Below, in pieces: positions 18,063-27,537 of a DNA stretch of 64,000 bases. How positions within the stretch are numbered: the stretch's first letter is position 1; each line of letters starts with the position of its first letter. This DNA comes from Candidatus Latescibacterota bacterium (GTDB taxonomy: Bacteria; Latescibacterota; UBA2968; GCA-2709665), in contig OZ252100.1 in the NCBI GenBank assembly GCA_965248435.1, forward strand, positions 1,024,001 through 1,088,000, written 5' to 3'. A model generated the notes under the pieces. It searched no databases. It was not told where the DNA came from and saw only the letters and a list, made by a program, of their open reading frames with translations. The position numbers and the translations under genes are program-made.

Positions 18063-19226
18063 ATGGCCAGGGACCCACGATATCTTCTCGCCGACTTCCT
18101 TCGTCTCTCCACTCTTCTTTGCTTCTTTCTAATCCTGCACCCCCTGCCCGCTGCGGGGGGTGACTCGCGTCCAGGAGCCAGAGACTTTGGCATCAGGATC
18201 GGAACGCTGCCCACCGGTTCCTACAACGCGATCACCGACGTGGCAGGCGTTCGGGTCGGTCACGTCACGCTCAACTCCGGAATGGGCAAACTGGTCGTCG
18301 GGAAGGGACCTGTGCGCACCGGAGTGACGGCCGTGCTGCCACACGCCGACGACATCTACCAGAACATGGTCTTCGCCGCGGCAGAGGTCCTTAACGGGAA
18401 CGGGGAGATGACCGGCGCTGAATGGGTGAACGAGCGCGGACTCCTGGAAGTTCCGGTGATCCTCACCAACACGTTGAGCGTCGGCACTGCCTACAACGGG
18501 GTCATCTCCTACATGCTCAACCAGGATCCGCGTCGCGTGCCTCTCCCGGTCGTCGCGGAATGCTACGACGGCGGGCTCAACGACATCGCCGGCAGGCACG
18601 TGCGAGAAGCTCACGTCCTGCAGGCCCTCGAGTCCGCCCGGAGCGGCCCGGTGACCGAAGGATCGGTCGGGGCCGGAACCGGTATGCGGGCCTATGGATT
18701 CAAAGCCGGCGTCGGCACTTCCTCTCGGGTTGTGGAAGGCCATACCGTCGGCGTCCTCGTGAACGCCAACTGCGGCCGTCGTTCGGAGCTGATCGTGGAT
18801 GGCGTACCGGCAGGGAGAGCGCTAGGGTCTGAGACCCTCAAACGCTCCCGGGACGGCTCCATCATTATCCTCATCGCAACAGACGCGCCACTCATCCCGA
18901 CACAACTCCGCCGGCTCTGCAAGCGCGCACCGCTCGGTCTCGCCCGGACAGGGACCGTATCTCGCACGAGCAGCGGCGATCTGATCCTCGCCTTCTCTAC
19001 GGCTCAGCGAATTCCACGAGACAAGGCGGTTCAGGACACCGTGCTCACGCTGCGGGACAGCCAGCTCACACCCCTGTTTCAGGCTGTGGTCGAGGCGACA
19101 GAAGAGGCCATCCTCAACGCAATGTTCCGCGCGGAGACCATGGTCGGGAGAGACGGTAACACAATAGTAGGTCTTCCGATCGATCAACTGGTTGACATCC
19201 TGAGGGCCCACGGCCGGCTGAAATAG
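18063..19226 (+). CDS. DmpA/P1 (S58) family aminopeptidase, secreted
   Basis: NAITDVAGVRVGH, TGVTAVLP, GSVGAGTG, DG/SII autocleavage site. Confidence 0.92.
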   Translation: MARDPRYLLADFLRLSTLLCFFLILHPLPAAGGDSRPGARDFGIRIGTLPTGSYNAITDVAGVRVGHVTLNSGMGKLVVGKGPVRTGVTAVLPHADDIYQNMVFAAAEVLNGNGEMTGAEWVNERGLLEVPVILTNTLSVGTAYNGVISYMLNQDPRRVPLPVVAECYDGGLNDIAGRHVREAHVLQALESARSGPVTEGSVGAGTGMRAYGFKAGVGTSSRVVEGHTVGVLVNANCGRRSELIVDGVPAGRALGSETLKRSRDGSIIILIATDAPLIPTQLRRLCKRAPLGLARTGTVSRTSSGDLILAFSTAQRIPRDKAVQDTVLTLRDSQLTPLFQAVVEATEEAILNAMFRAETMVGRDGNTIVGLPIDQLVDILRAHGRLK

Positions 19227-19269
19227 TGGTCTCGATGGTCTTCATGAATAAAGCTTGGAGTCGAACGGC

Positions 19270-20724
19270 ATGGTCCACTGGCCCATCCTCCTGGTACTTT
19301 CCCTCTATATACTGATCACGCTCCTGGTTGGCCTCTATGCCGGCAGAAAAGTAAAGGCCTCTGCCGATTTTGTCGTGGCCGGCCGGAGGTTGGGAATCTG
19401 GCTCGCGACCGGCAGTCTTGCAGCCACCTGGTTTGGCGGGGGCGTCGTTGTCGGAGCAGCGAGCGAAGCCTACAAACGGGGGTTTCTGGGCGTGATCGCC
19501 GACCCCTTCGGCGCCGCTCTGTGCCTGTTTCTCGCCGGTATGTTCTATGTCAGAATAATGCGGCGGATGGGCCTGACGACGATTTCCGGTTTCTTTGAAA
19601 TCAGATACGGCAAACAGGCAGGAGTCATCGCCGCATTGTGCACCATCCCGGCCTATGTGGGCTGGGTCGCCTCGCTGCTGCTGGCCTTTGGAAAGGTCAT
19701 CCATCTCATCGTCGGCCTGGATTCCACCCTGGCGATCTGTTTGGGAACGGCCGTTGTCCTGATCTACACGGCGGCGGGCGGTATGTGGGCGGTTACACTC
19801 ACAGATTTCCTCCAGGTCGGTGTGCTCACGATCGGCCTCGTGGTCATCTTCCCGCTGTTGATCCACGACATGGGCGGATGGTCTGCCATCCGAGCCCAGA
19901 TTCCTGATGATCGATTCTTCCTCTTTCCCAGGGATGCTGGGTTCGCCGAATGGTTCGGCTATGCCAGGGATTGGCTCGTGATCGGTCTTGGAAATCTCGC
20001 GGGCCAGGACCTGCTTCAGCGGAGTCTATCCAGCAGAACAGAGGCCGTCGCACAAAACAGTGCCTATCTTGCCGGGCTGCTCTACGTCACCGTGGGTCTG
20101 CTGCCTGTGTTCCTGGGGATCTCCGCGACCCTGGTCTTCCCCGGTCTGCAGGATCCGGACCTCGTCATGATGAAGCTGGGCATGCACTACCTATCGCCCT
20201 TCTGGATGGCGCTCTTCCTGGGCGCCCTGGTTTCGGCACTCATGAGCAGCGCAGACAGTGCGCTCCTGGCCCCCGCGAGCATCATCGGCTCTGATCTGCT
20301 CAGGTATCTGCGTCCAGACGTATCCGAAGCGCGCATCCTGCAGGTGTGCAGACTCAGCGTACCGGTGCTGGGGCTCGTCGCGCTCTACCTGGCGCTGGTC
20401 CACAACGTCGTCTACACACTGATGGTGAACTCCTGGTCGATCCTTCTTGCGACCCTGTTTGTCCCCCTTACCGCCGGAATCTGGTGGCCCCGGGCTAACA
20501 CGCCGGGCGCCCTGGCAAGCATCCTGGCCGGCCTGGCCGCCTGGCTCCTCATCCTCACCCTGGCCCCGAACCTCCCGGCCGATCTTATTGCGGTCCCCGT
20601 TGCCCTCCTTTTCCTGGGTTGCGTCAGTCGGTTCACGAGACGTGCGCCCAGGGCCCTCACCGATGCATCCGGCAGGCCTCTGGAATTCAAGGATCGAGCC
20701 GGCCTGCTCGGACTGCTACGATAA
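19270..20724 (+). CDS. Sodium:solute symporter family protein
   Basis: DFVVAGRRL, GGMWAVTLTDFLQ, ALMSSADS; many TMs. Confidence 0.92.
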   Translation: MVHWPILLVLSLYILITLLVGLYAGRKVKASADFVVAGRRLGIWLATGSLAATWFGGGVVVGAASEAYKRGFLGVIADPFGAALCLFLAGMFYVRIMRRMGLTTISGFFEIRYGKQAGVIAALCTIPAYVGWVASLLLAFGKVIHLIVGLDSTLAICLGTAVVLIYTAAGGMWAVTLTDFLQVGVLTIGLVVIFPLLIHDMGGWSAIRAQIPDDRFFLFPRDAGFAEWFGYARDWLVIGLGNLAGQDLLQRSLSSRTEAVAQNSAYLAGLLYVTVGLLPVFLGISATLVFPGLQDPDLVMMKLGMHYLSPFWMALFLGALVSALMSSADSALLAPASIIGSDLLRYLRPDVSEARILQVCRLSVPVLGLVALYLALVHNVVYTLMVNSWSILLATLFVPLTAGIWWPRANTPGALASILAGLAAWLLILTLAPNLPADLIAVPVALLFLGCVSRFTRRAPRALTDASGRPLEFKDRAGLLGLLR

Positions 20725-20926
20725 AAAATGTTTGAATCAGAGCCCCGTTCTCCTTATATTTTCGATAAGTCCCAATAAATAAACAGGGCAGCGTTGTCTG
20801 AGGCCCTGAACTTTGCATAGAATGGACCTGCCCCATATCGGTATAACTGCGTTTAGATTTATACCTTTATCTCTGATTCCCATGATTGCTGCTGGGATTC
20901 CGTTTGAGATGATGGAGTAACCGAAC

Positions 20927-22879
20927 ATGGCCGATGCGAGGGAAAAGCTTCAGGCCGCAATCGCGGCGAAACAGGGCGCCCCCAGGGCGCCCTCACCTCC
21001 CAAGGCGCCCAAGAAGAAAGCACCCCCCCCCAAGCCTGAGCCTCCTCCATTAAGGAAGCCCAAGGAAGAGCCGGAAAAGCCTGCCGCCAAGAAGGCTTCA
21101 TTCTTCAAGAAGTCGAAAAAGAAGAAAAAACCCAAGGCTTCTGAAAAGCAGAAGAAAGCCCCCAAGGCTGAGAAGAAGCAGAAGAAGGAAAAGAAGAAGG
21201 GATCTGGGTTCTTCCAGAAGTTCGTGTCTGATCTCAAGGAGGCGGCGGAGGATATCAAACCTAAGGCACTCGTGTCTTCAGCCTCCGAAGGCCTGGGTTC
21301 ACTCAAGTCTATGGTGGCGTCCGGCAATGAGGAAGACGCCGACCGCGAACCCAAGTCCAAGCCTGCCAAGAAAGCAGCCGCGTCCGCTGAGCGGGACGAA
21401 TCAACAACCGCCGCGCAAGCCGAGGTCGAGTCGGGATCCACCGCGGCCGCGGCATCGACCTCACCTTCGTCCGGCCCCCCCCCGGCACAGGATGAGGCTG
21501 CTCCAGCACCCGCTTCCGGAGCCCCCTCTGCTGCACCTTCAGCATCCGAAGGAGATGCTCCCCCCTCCTTTTCTACTGTCAAAGTCCAAAAAGCCACTCC
21601 GAAAAAGAAAAGAACACCAAAACCTCCTAAACCGAAGAAGGATCTGACGGAAGAGCTTGAAGAGGCCGTCGCGGCTGCGCCCGAAGATGAGCCGGTTTCA
21701 GCGACACCGGAAATTGGTGAAGAGGAAACGCAGGATTCTATCCAGCCCGAACCAGAGGAGATCCAAGCTGACCGTGAAGAGGTGGAGGCCCCAACGGAGA
21801 CAGAGGAACTAGAGCCTCTGGAAGCAGACGAGCCGGAGGTAGTATCAGCATCCGCCGAAGAAGCTGAGGCGGTCGGCGTCGCTGACGAACCGAAACAGGA
21901 ACCGGCTTCGTCACAGAAAAGCGAAGAGGCCTCCGGGGGAAAGAAGAAGGCCAAGAAGCTGCCTCAGAAGCAGGTTCAGCAGGTCTCCAAGTCCGAACAG
22001 TTGATGCGGAGCTTCCAGGCCCTGCAGATCCTCCTGAACGACGAAACGTGGAGCCCGGTTGTGACCGACCCGGAATCTCGGCCGAGCACACTCGGAAGCG
22101 AAATCCCAATCTTTGAAATCCAGCTTAGCTTCGATGACGGCAGGGTTCTTCCGGTGGACACCGATCTCTGTCCCGTAGACATCGAAGGGCAGCGGCGGCG
22201 GCTTCTTCACTTAAGAGACATTCGTCGAAGAAAGGCTGCTGAAACCCGGTCCTCCATGATCTTCGAATATATCGGAGACGGGATCCTCATCACAGACCAG
22301 GCGGGTGTCGTGCTCCTGGGAAGCCGAAGCGCCGCGGAGCTGACGGGTTACTCCAGGGATGAGATCGTGGGTCTGGACATCGCCCAGTTCCATTCAGAAG
22401 AGGGTGCGGCCAGGTGGCAGGATTTGGTCCGACGCCAGGAGTCGGAACCCGGAATCTACGAGGATCGGCTCAAGAGAAAGGATGGGCGCGAGATTCCGGT
22501 AGAGTGGACCATGGCCGCCTTCTCGGTAGGAAGTGAAGCCTATTTCATCGGAGTGGCTCGCAACCTGACAGATCGCAAGTCTGCCGATGAAAAGAGGATG
22601 GAAGCGGAGCGTCTCAATACGCTCCTGGAAATCGCTGGAGGTGCCGCTCACGAGATCAATCAGCCCCTTACGGCAATCCTGGGATATGCTGAAATGGCCC
22701 TGGACAGCCTGGGTAAAGACGACGCGACTTATAGTTACCAGCAGCAAATCGTGGAGGCCGCTCTACGGATCAACGATATCCTGAAACGCATGCAGGCGGT
22801 GCGGGAGTACCGGACCCGGCCCTATGCGGACGGCCATCAGATCGTAGATTTCGAACAGTCCTCCAGTGAAGAGCAATAA
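20927..22879 (+). CDS. PAS + HisKA protein with long low-complexity N-terminus and no HATPase domain
   Basis: About 350 aa K/P/A/E-rich N-terminus; PAS (AAELTGYSRDEIVG..RKDGREIPVE); AAHEINQPL; ends about 75 aa after the His. Confidence 0.85.
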   Translation: MADAREKLQAAIAAKQGAPRAPSPPKAPKKKAPPPKPEPPPLRKPKEEPEKPAAKKASFFKKSKKKKKPKASEKQKKAPKAEKKQKKEKKKGSGFFQKFVSDLKEAAEDIKPKALVSSASEGLGSLKSMVASGNEEDADREPKSKPAKKAAASAERDESTTAAQAEVESGSTAAAASTSPSSGPPPAQDEAAPAPASGAPSAAPSASEGDAPPSFSTVKVQKATPKKKRTPKPPKPKKDLTEELEEAVAAAPEDEPVSATPEIGEEETQDSIQPEPEEIQADREEVEAPTETEELEPLEADEPEVVSASAEEAEAVGVADEPKQEPASSQKSEEASGGKKKAKKLPQKQVQQVSKSEQLMRSFQALQILLNDETWSPVVTDPESRPSTLGSEIPIFEIQLSFDDGRVLPVDTDLCPVDIEGQRRRLLHLRDIRRRKAAETRSSMIFEYIGDGILITDQAGVVLLGSRSAAELTGYSRDEIVGLDIAQFHSEEGAARWQDLVRRQESEPGIYEDRLKRKDGREIPVEWTMAAFSVGSEAYFIGVARNLTDRKSADEKRMEAERLNTLLEIAGGAAHEINQPLTAILGYAEMALDSLGKDDATYSYQQQIVEAALRINDILKRMQAVREYRTRPYADGHQIVDFEQSSSEEQ

Positions 22880-22904
22880 TGCCCCACGCCCGCTCGACCT
22901 GCGC

Positions 22905-23669
22905 TCACTTTCCCGTCCCCACCTTGTTGATCAAGCTCGCTGCAAATCCCGCACCGAATCCGTTGTCGATATTAACGACCGTGACGCCAGGAGCACAGCT
23001 GTTCATCATCCCGAGCAGAGCGGCTAACCCTCCAAAGCTTGCTCCGTAACCAACGCTCGTGGGCACTGCCACCACGGGTACGCTGACCAAACCCCCAACA
23101 ACGCTCGGTAGCGCTCCCTCCATGCCTGCCACCACGACGATCACACTCGCCTCTGAAATCTCTTCTCGATACGCCAGCAGGCGATGGATGCCTGAGACGC
23201 CGACGTCGTACAATCGCTCCACCTGATTTCCCATAACATCGGCCGTGACCGAGGCCTCCTCCGCCACCGGAAGGTCAGACGTCCCGGCAGAAACCACCAG
23301 CACCTTACCCGAACATGTTGCACTACTCGATCCATCCGCGCGGACGACGACGGTCCGGGCGAGGCGGTTAACCTCCGCCTCTGGCAGCGCTTCCAGAAGG
23401 GCATCTGCCATCTCCTCCGTTGCTCGTGTCCCTAAAAGAGGCGATCCGGCCTCTACGATCTTCCTGGAAATACTCAGAACCTGGTCCACCGTCTTCCCCT
23501 CGCAGAACACGACCTCCGGGAATCCCTGGCGCGTCTCGCGATGATGGTCGACCTTCGCGAAACCAAGATCCTCGAAAGGCAGTTTTTCCAGCTGAACAAC
23601 CGCTGCCTCGATTCCCAGGTCTCCCGTCTTCACGTCCTCCAGGATCCTCTTGATTCTGTCAGCAGTCAC
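22905..23669 (-). CDS. larB: Nickel pincer cofactor biosynthesis protein LarB
   Basis: DHHRETRQGFPEVVFCEGKT, AGTSDLPVAEEA, AGMEGALPS, VVNIDNGFGA. Confidence 0.93.
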   Translation of the reverse strand: MTADRIKRILEDVKTGDLGIEAAVVQLEKLPFEDLGFAKVDHHRETRQGFPEVVFCEGKTVDQVLSISRKIVEAGSPLLGTRATEEMADALLEALPEAEVNRLARTVVVRADGSSSATCSGKVLVVSAGTSDLPVAEEASVTADVMGNQVERLYDVGVSGIHRLLAYREEISEASVIVVVAGMEGALPSVVGGLVSVPVVAVPTSVGYGASFGGLAALLGMMNSCAPGVTVVNIDNGFGAGFAASLINKVGTGK

Positions 23670-23725
23670 TTAAAACCTCCAGGGCAACAGGCCTGAGTGG
23701 ACGAAGTCGCTTGGGAAGGTCGCAG

Positions 23726-24400
23726 CTATGCGAGCGCTTTTCCATCCAGCCCTACGGGGCATAACCTCTGCAGTGGGCAGATGTCGCACTTCGGCTTTGG
23801 GCGACAGATGTCCTTGCCAAGAGCGACGATCAGCGCATGGTACTCCTTGTAGAGTCCTACATCTTTCGGAATCGAGTCGGAGAATCGTGCCCTGAGGTCA
23901 TCGTAGCCGATCTTTCCGTCTACAAGACCTAAGCGGCTGAAGATCCGTCGTGTATAGGCATCGACAACGAAGGTGGGCATTTCGAGGGCGTAGAGCAAAA
24001 TACTGTCTGCCGTCTCCGGCCCCACGCCGTTGACTTCCAGAAGCTCGGGTCGCAGTGCCTTCAATGACCTGGCCTTCATTTTACACGGCTTACTCTGGTA
24101 GTTCGACCCAAAGTAGCGCAGATAGGCCTTGAGCCGTTTGGCCTTGACGTTGAAATATCCGGCGGGGCGAATCAGTGCGGCGAGTTCCCGTTCCGAGATT
24201 CGATACATCGCCCTCGGTCCCAGTTTGTTGGAGGACCTTAGGTTCTCTATCGCCCGCTCGACGTTCTTCCAGGCCGTGTTCTGAGTCAGAATCGCGCCAA
24301 TCATAACCTCAAAGGCGGTCTCTGCCGGCCACCATCCCTGCGGGCCAAAGGAGGCGAAGAGCAGATCGAACACCTGCTGGAAGCGTCCCTCTCGAGGCAT
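23726..24400 (-). CDS. Endonuclease III-related HhH-GPD protein with Fe-S motif
   Basis: GAILTQNTAW, GVGPETADSILLYA, VVDAY, CRPKPKCDICPLQRLC. Confidence 0.92.
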   Translation of the reverse strand: MPREGRFQQVFDLLFASFGPQGWWPAETAFEVMIGAILTQNTAWKNVERAIENLRSSNKLGPRAMYRISERELAALIRPAGYFNVKAKRLKAYLRYFGSNYQSKPCKMKARSLKALRPELLEVNGVGPETADSILLYALEMPTFVVDAYTRRIFSRLGLVDGKIGYDDLRARFSDSIPKDVGLYKEYHALIVALGKDICRPKPKCDICPLQRLCPVGLDGKALA

Positions 24401-24423
24401 GAAGAAGATTCCAGGATTGCAGC

Positions 24424-24458
24424 AAAACGGCGTCCGGACACTTTAGGTCCGGACGCCG
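24424..24458 (-). terminator. Intrinsic terminator
   Basis: Perfect 12-bp stem CGGCGTCCGGAC/GTCCGGACGCCG plus TTTT on the minus strand. Confidence 0.8.
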
Positions 24459-24483
24459 GTCATTTAGCTCGCGTGCCTTCGTA

Positions 24484-24609
24484 CTAGTTCGGATGGATCA
24501 GCGCTTTTTTCCATCGCTGCATGATACTCAACTGACGCTTGGCACGCTGGTATCTGTCCAGGATTTCGATAACCTTCAACCGCAATGCGAATTTTCGAAT
24601 GTCCAACAC
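24484..24609 (-). CDS. Small basic protein, 41 aa (below the ORF-track cut-off)
   Basis: MLDIRKFALRLKVIEILDRYQRAKRQLSIMQRWKKALIHPN*; AGGGG RBS; own promoter and terminator. Confidence 0.6.
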   Translation of the reverse strand: MLDIRKFALRLKVIEILDRYQRAKRQLSIMQRWKKALIHPN

Positions 24610-24648
24610 GACTTTTAGCCCCTATCTCAACGACGTGCTGTTTGCGAC

Positions 24649-24677
24649 AAGATAAGCAGGCGTCGAACAAAAGTCAA
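24649..24677 (-). promoter_or_regulatory. Sigma70-type promoter
   Basis: TTGACT-17 nt-TATCTT. Confidence 0.65.
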
Positions 24678-24789
24678 GGCACCCATCTGCGATGCTCAAC
24701 AAGGAATTCTCCTTTACAGCCGCAGACCCGACATCTATATTGCTTCGATTTCACGATCCAAGAACACTTTCGCATCGAGGTTACACACT

Positions 24790-25554
24790 ATGGCGGAAAA
24801 CAGGCTGAAAGCCAGGCTTAAAGATGGAAACATTGTCGTTGGCCCGTTTGTAAACATAGGCTCGGGTGCGATGATCGAAATCGCTGCGTTCGCGGGATTC
24901 GACTTCGTTATTCTCGATACGGAGCACGGCCCGCTGGACATCGAGACGACCGAAGATCTTTGTCGGGTCGCCTCCGGCGTGAATCTCACGCCAATCGTCC
25001 GTGTTCGCGAGAACGATCCGCCGCAGATACTTCGAGCCCTGGATATCGGTTCTGGTGGCGTTCAAGTGCCTCAAATCTCTTCGAGGGCAGATGCTGAGGC
25101 CGTCGTCCAGGCTGCCAAGTATGCGCCCTTGGGCATGCGGGGCGTCTCCCCATACACGAGAGCGGCGCGCTATTTTGCCGAAGGATCCTCTATCTTAGGG
25201 AGGCTTAACGAAGAATCCATGATCGTCATCCACATAGAGGGTGTAGAGGGCCTGAACAATATCACAGAGATCTTAGATGTCCAGGGTCTGGACGTGATCT
25301 TTCTGGGTCCTTACGACCTTTCACAGTCACTCGGCATCCCGGGGCAGGTGAACGACTCGAGGGTGGTGGAACGAATGAAGCTGGCCGTGAGCGAGGTGGA
25401 TGCGGCTGGCATCGCTGTCGGCACATTCTGCGATACCCGGGAAGCCGCCGAACGCTGGATCGACGCCGGTGTCCGTTACGTTGTCACCTCAGTCGACACA
25501 GGCATCTACCTGCAGGGATGTCGAAGCATGATCCAGGGCTTGAAACGGGGGTAA
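24790..25554 (+). CDS. HpcH/HpaI aldolase family protein
   Basis: GFDFVILDTEHG, YAPLGMRG, IE..FLGPYDLSQSLG. Confidence 0.93.
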   Translation: MAENRLKARLKDGNIVVGPFVNIGSGAMIEIAAFAGFDFVILDTEHGPLDIETTEDLCRVASGVNLTPIVRVRENDPPQILRALDIGSGGVQVPQISSRADAEAVVQAAKYAPLGMRGVSPYTRAARYFAEGSSILGRLNEESMIVIHIEGVEGLNNITEILDVQGLDVIFLGPYDLSQSLGIPGQVNDSRVVERMKLAVSEVDAAGIAVGTFCDTREAAERWIDAGVRYVVTSVDTGIYLQGCRSMIQGLKRG

Positions 25555-25585
25555 AAAAAAGTGGGACAGTTAAGGCCTGCCCCAC
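25553..25585 (-). terminator. Terminator of the dksA-like gene
   Basis: GTGGGGCAG/CTGTCCCAC stem plus T8 on the minus strand. Confidence 0.7.
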
Positions 25586-25618
25586 CCCATCGCAAGAATG
25601 CTGCTTAACGGACTTTGA

Positions 25619-26059
25619 TCAGGTCTCTTCTTCGCTCGATACCGGGAGATCGTCACTGAGGATAATGCGACGTCTCCGTCGATCTACCTGAAGATCCCTG
25701 GGATTCCTTTCCTGTTTCTGCTGGCAGTCTACGCAGAGCCGTGCTGTCGGAATCGCCTCCAGACGGGCCGGCGCGATATTCGTTTCACATTCCTCACATT
25801 TTCCATACGTCTTAGTGCCCATCTTCTCTATCGCATTGTCGATCTCCGACAGCTCGACCCTTTCGTTGTTGCCCAGGGCAATCATCAACTCCAGGGACGA
25901 GCTGTTTCCTGCCATATCGAGCGGATCGGCAGGCTGATCGTCCCTGAGTTCGTCGATATCGTCGTCCTGGATAACGACCTGCTTCAGGAGATCGTGCCTT
26001 CTCTTTTCCAGGAGCTTTTTGAATGAACCCATCTGCCGTTTGTTCATCTTCCTCTTCAC
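25619..26059 (-). CDS. dksA: TraR/DksA C4-type zinc finger protein
   Basis: Coiled coil with DPLD tip; YGKCEEC..RLEAIPTARLCVDCQ; GGAGGG RBS. Confidence 0.88.
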   Translation of the reverse strand: MKRKMNKRQMGSFKKLLEKRRHDLLKQVVIQDDDIDELRDDQPADPLDMAGNSSSLELMIALGNNERVELSEIDNAIEKMGTKTYGKCEECETNIAPARLEAIPTARLCVDCQQKQERNPRDLQVDRRRRRIILSDDLPVSSEEET

Positions 26060-26140
26060 CCCTCCAAATTCCAGCTCTGACGATTGCCGCTTTCAGTAGT
26101 TAGATCGGCAAATCGGCCAAAACTCTTCACCAGGCTTCAA

Positions 26141-26271
26141 AAACAGAAAAAACCGGTACAGCACTCGAAATTCCTGTACCGGCCTGCGACCCTCTCGGAC
26201 CTGCGGCCTGACTTCGCGAAAGCTCGGAAACGCCTGGATTTCTACGGAAAGCCAAGTGTTCCGGCCTTGAA
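26141..26271 (-). ncRNA. Candidate structured leader or sRNA ending in an intrinsic terminator, upstream of dksA
   Basis: Three hairpins after the promoter, then CCGGTACAG/CTGTACCGG-TTTTTTCTGTTT. Confidence 0.55.
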
Positions 26272-26277
26272 TCTTGA

Positions 26278-26306
26278 AATTTACAGGACAGACCGTGGAA
26301 TGTCAA
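26278..26306 (-). promoter_or_regulatory. Sigma70-type promoter
   Basis: TTGACA-17 nt-TAAATT. Confidence 0.7.
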
Positions 26307-26427
26307 GCCCCTTTTATTAAGATCGGGCCTGCCCGGACGATCCCCATTATGCATTGACAACACAGGTCCAATGTCTTACGGTTCGTATCGTAAGGCCTTT
26401 TAATTTCAACACCTAGCGGAGGAATCT

Positions 26428-26841
26428 ATGGCATCCTCTTTAACTGACAAAGTTTGGTGGCTCGCGGTTCCCGTCCTCCTCTTCTTCCTCGTTACCGGCA
26501 TCATCTGGCCCTTCTTGGAGGATGAGGATCAGCCGGAGAATTCTGCCCCAATAGCCGTCAGCTGGGTGGATTCTGTCCAGGTCCTCAGCTGGGACTGGCG
26601 GCACGATCGCACAGGGAACATTTTTGCTGTCTTCGGGGTGATTAAGAACTTGAGCAGCAAAGACTTCCGGCAGGTCACCATGCATATGCGGACACACGAT
26701 CAGTCGGACGAAATGATCGGCAAATACTCGATCGTCGTGAAAGACCTCAAAGCCGGGGCGGAGAAGCCATTCAGGGAAGACGTCCGGCGTACTGGAATCG
26801 AGGAGACGGGTTACCTGGACGTCCACAGCGTGGAGCCGTAG
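26428..26841 (+). CDS. Membrane-anchored FxLYD-like Ig-fold protein
   Basis: N-terminal TM; VFGVIKN..V....HD....IG......DLKAG..KPF pattern; GGAGG RBS. Confidence 0.7.
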   Translation: MASSLTDKVWWLAVPVLLFFLVTGIIWPFLEDEDQPENSAPIAVSWVDSVQVLSWDWRHDRTGNIFAVFGVIKNLSSKDFRQVTMHMRTHDQSDEMIGKYSIVVKDLKAGAEKPFREDVRRTGIEETGYLDVHSVEP

Positions 26842-26848
26842 GGGACCC

Positions 26849-27529
26849 TCAGACCTTCCCTCGAGAAGGACAATGCCGGCCGATCTGGCAGGCCTCACAG
26901 TTCGGTGACCGCGCCTTACAGGTCGCCCTACCGTGGAGAATCAAGAGGTGTGAAAAGACGGCCCAGCTTCTCCTGGGCACCAGCTCCACAAGATCCCGCT
27001 CAACCTTGAGCGGATCCTTATGCTCGGTCAGTCCCAACCTCCGGGATATCCGACCGACGTGCGTATCTACTACGACTCCCTCCTGCAGGCCGAAGGCATT
27101 TCCCAGGACCACATTGGCCGTCTTTCTACCCACGCCGGACAGCCCGGTTAGATCCTTCATGGTCTTAGGAACTTCCCCGTCGTATTCCTCTGCTAGGGAC
27201 CGGCAACACGCCTTGATGGCCTTCGCCTTGTTGCGGAAGAATCCGGTCGTCCTGATCCGGTCCTCGAGATCCTCTAGAGGCGCGTCGGCGAAGTCGAAAG
27301 CATTCTGATAGGTTCGAAACAAACCCGGAGTAACCTTGTTCACGCGTTCGTCGGTGCACTGCGCAGACAAGATGGTCGCGACGAGAAGCTCAAGTGGATT
27401 CGAATGGCTTAGTGAGACCATTGCATCGGGAAAAACCTTCTTCAGCCGCGTGATAATCTTTCGCGTGCGCGACGCCTTCTTCTGCCCGTTCTCCTCTAAA
27501 TGGTCGTCCTCCAATTTCGCCTTCCTCAT
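26849..27529 (-). CDS. nth: Endonuclease III
   Basis: LLVATILSAQCTDERVN, GVGRKTANVVLG, VVDTHV, C-x6-C-x2-C-x5-C. Confidence 0.95.
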   Translation of the reverse strand: MRKAKLEDDHLEENGQKKASRTRKIITRLKKVFPDAMVSLSHSNPLELLVATILSAQCTDERVNKVTPGLFRTYQNAFDFADAPLEDLEDRIRTTGFFRNKAKAIKACCRSLAEEYDGEVPKTMKDLTGLSGVGRKTANVVLGNAFGLQEGVVVDTHVGRISRRLGLTEHKDPLKVERDLVELVPRRSWAVFSHLLILHGRATCKARSPNCEACQIGRHCPSRGKV

Positions 27530-27537
27530 TCCTTCTC

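Noticed and set aside
22905-23669. larB without larC/larE as a novelty
   Set aside because: lar genes are often scattered; the others may lie outside the window
26181-26212. SRP RNA helix 8 (CAGG-UCC-GAGA-GGG-UCGCAG)
   Set aside because: Lacks the invariant AGCAG and the long SRP stem; kept only as part of the dksA leader candidate
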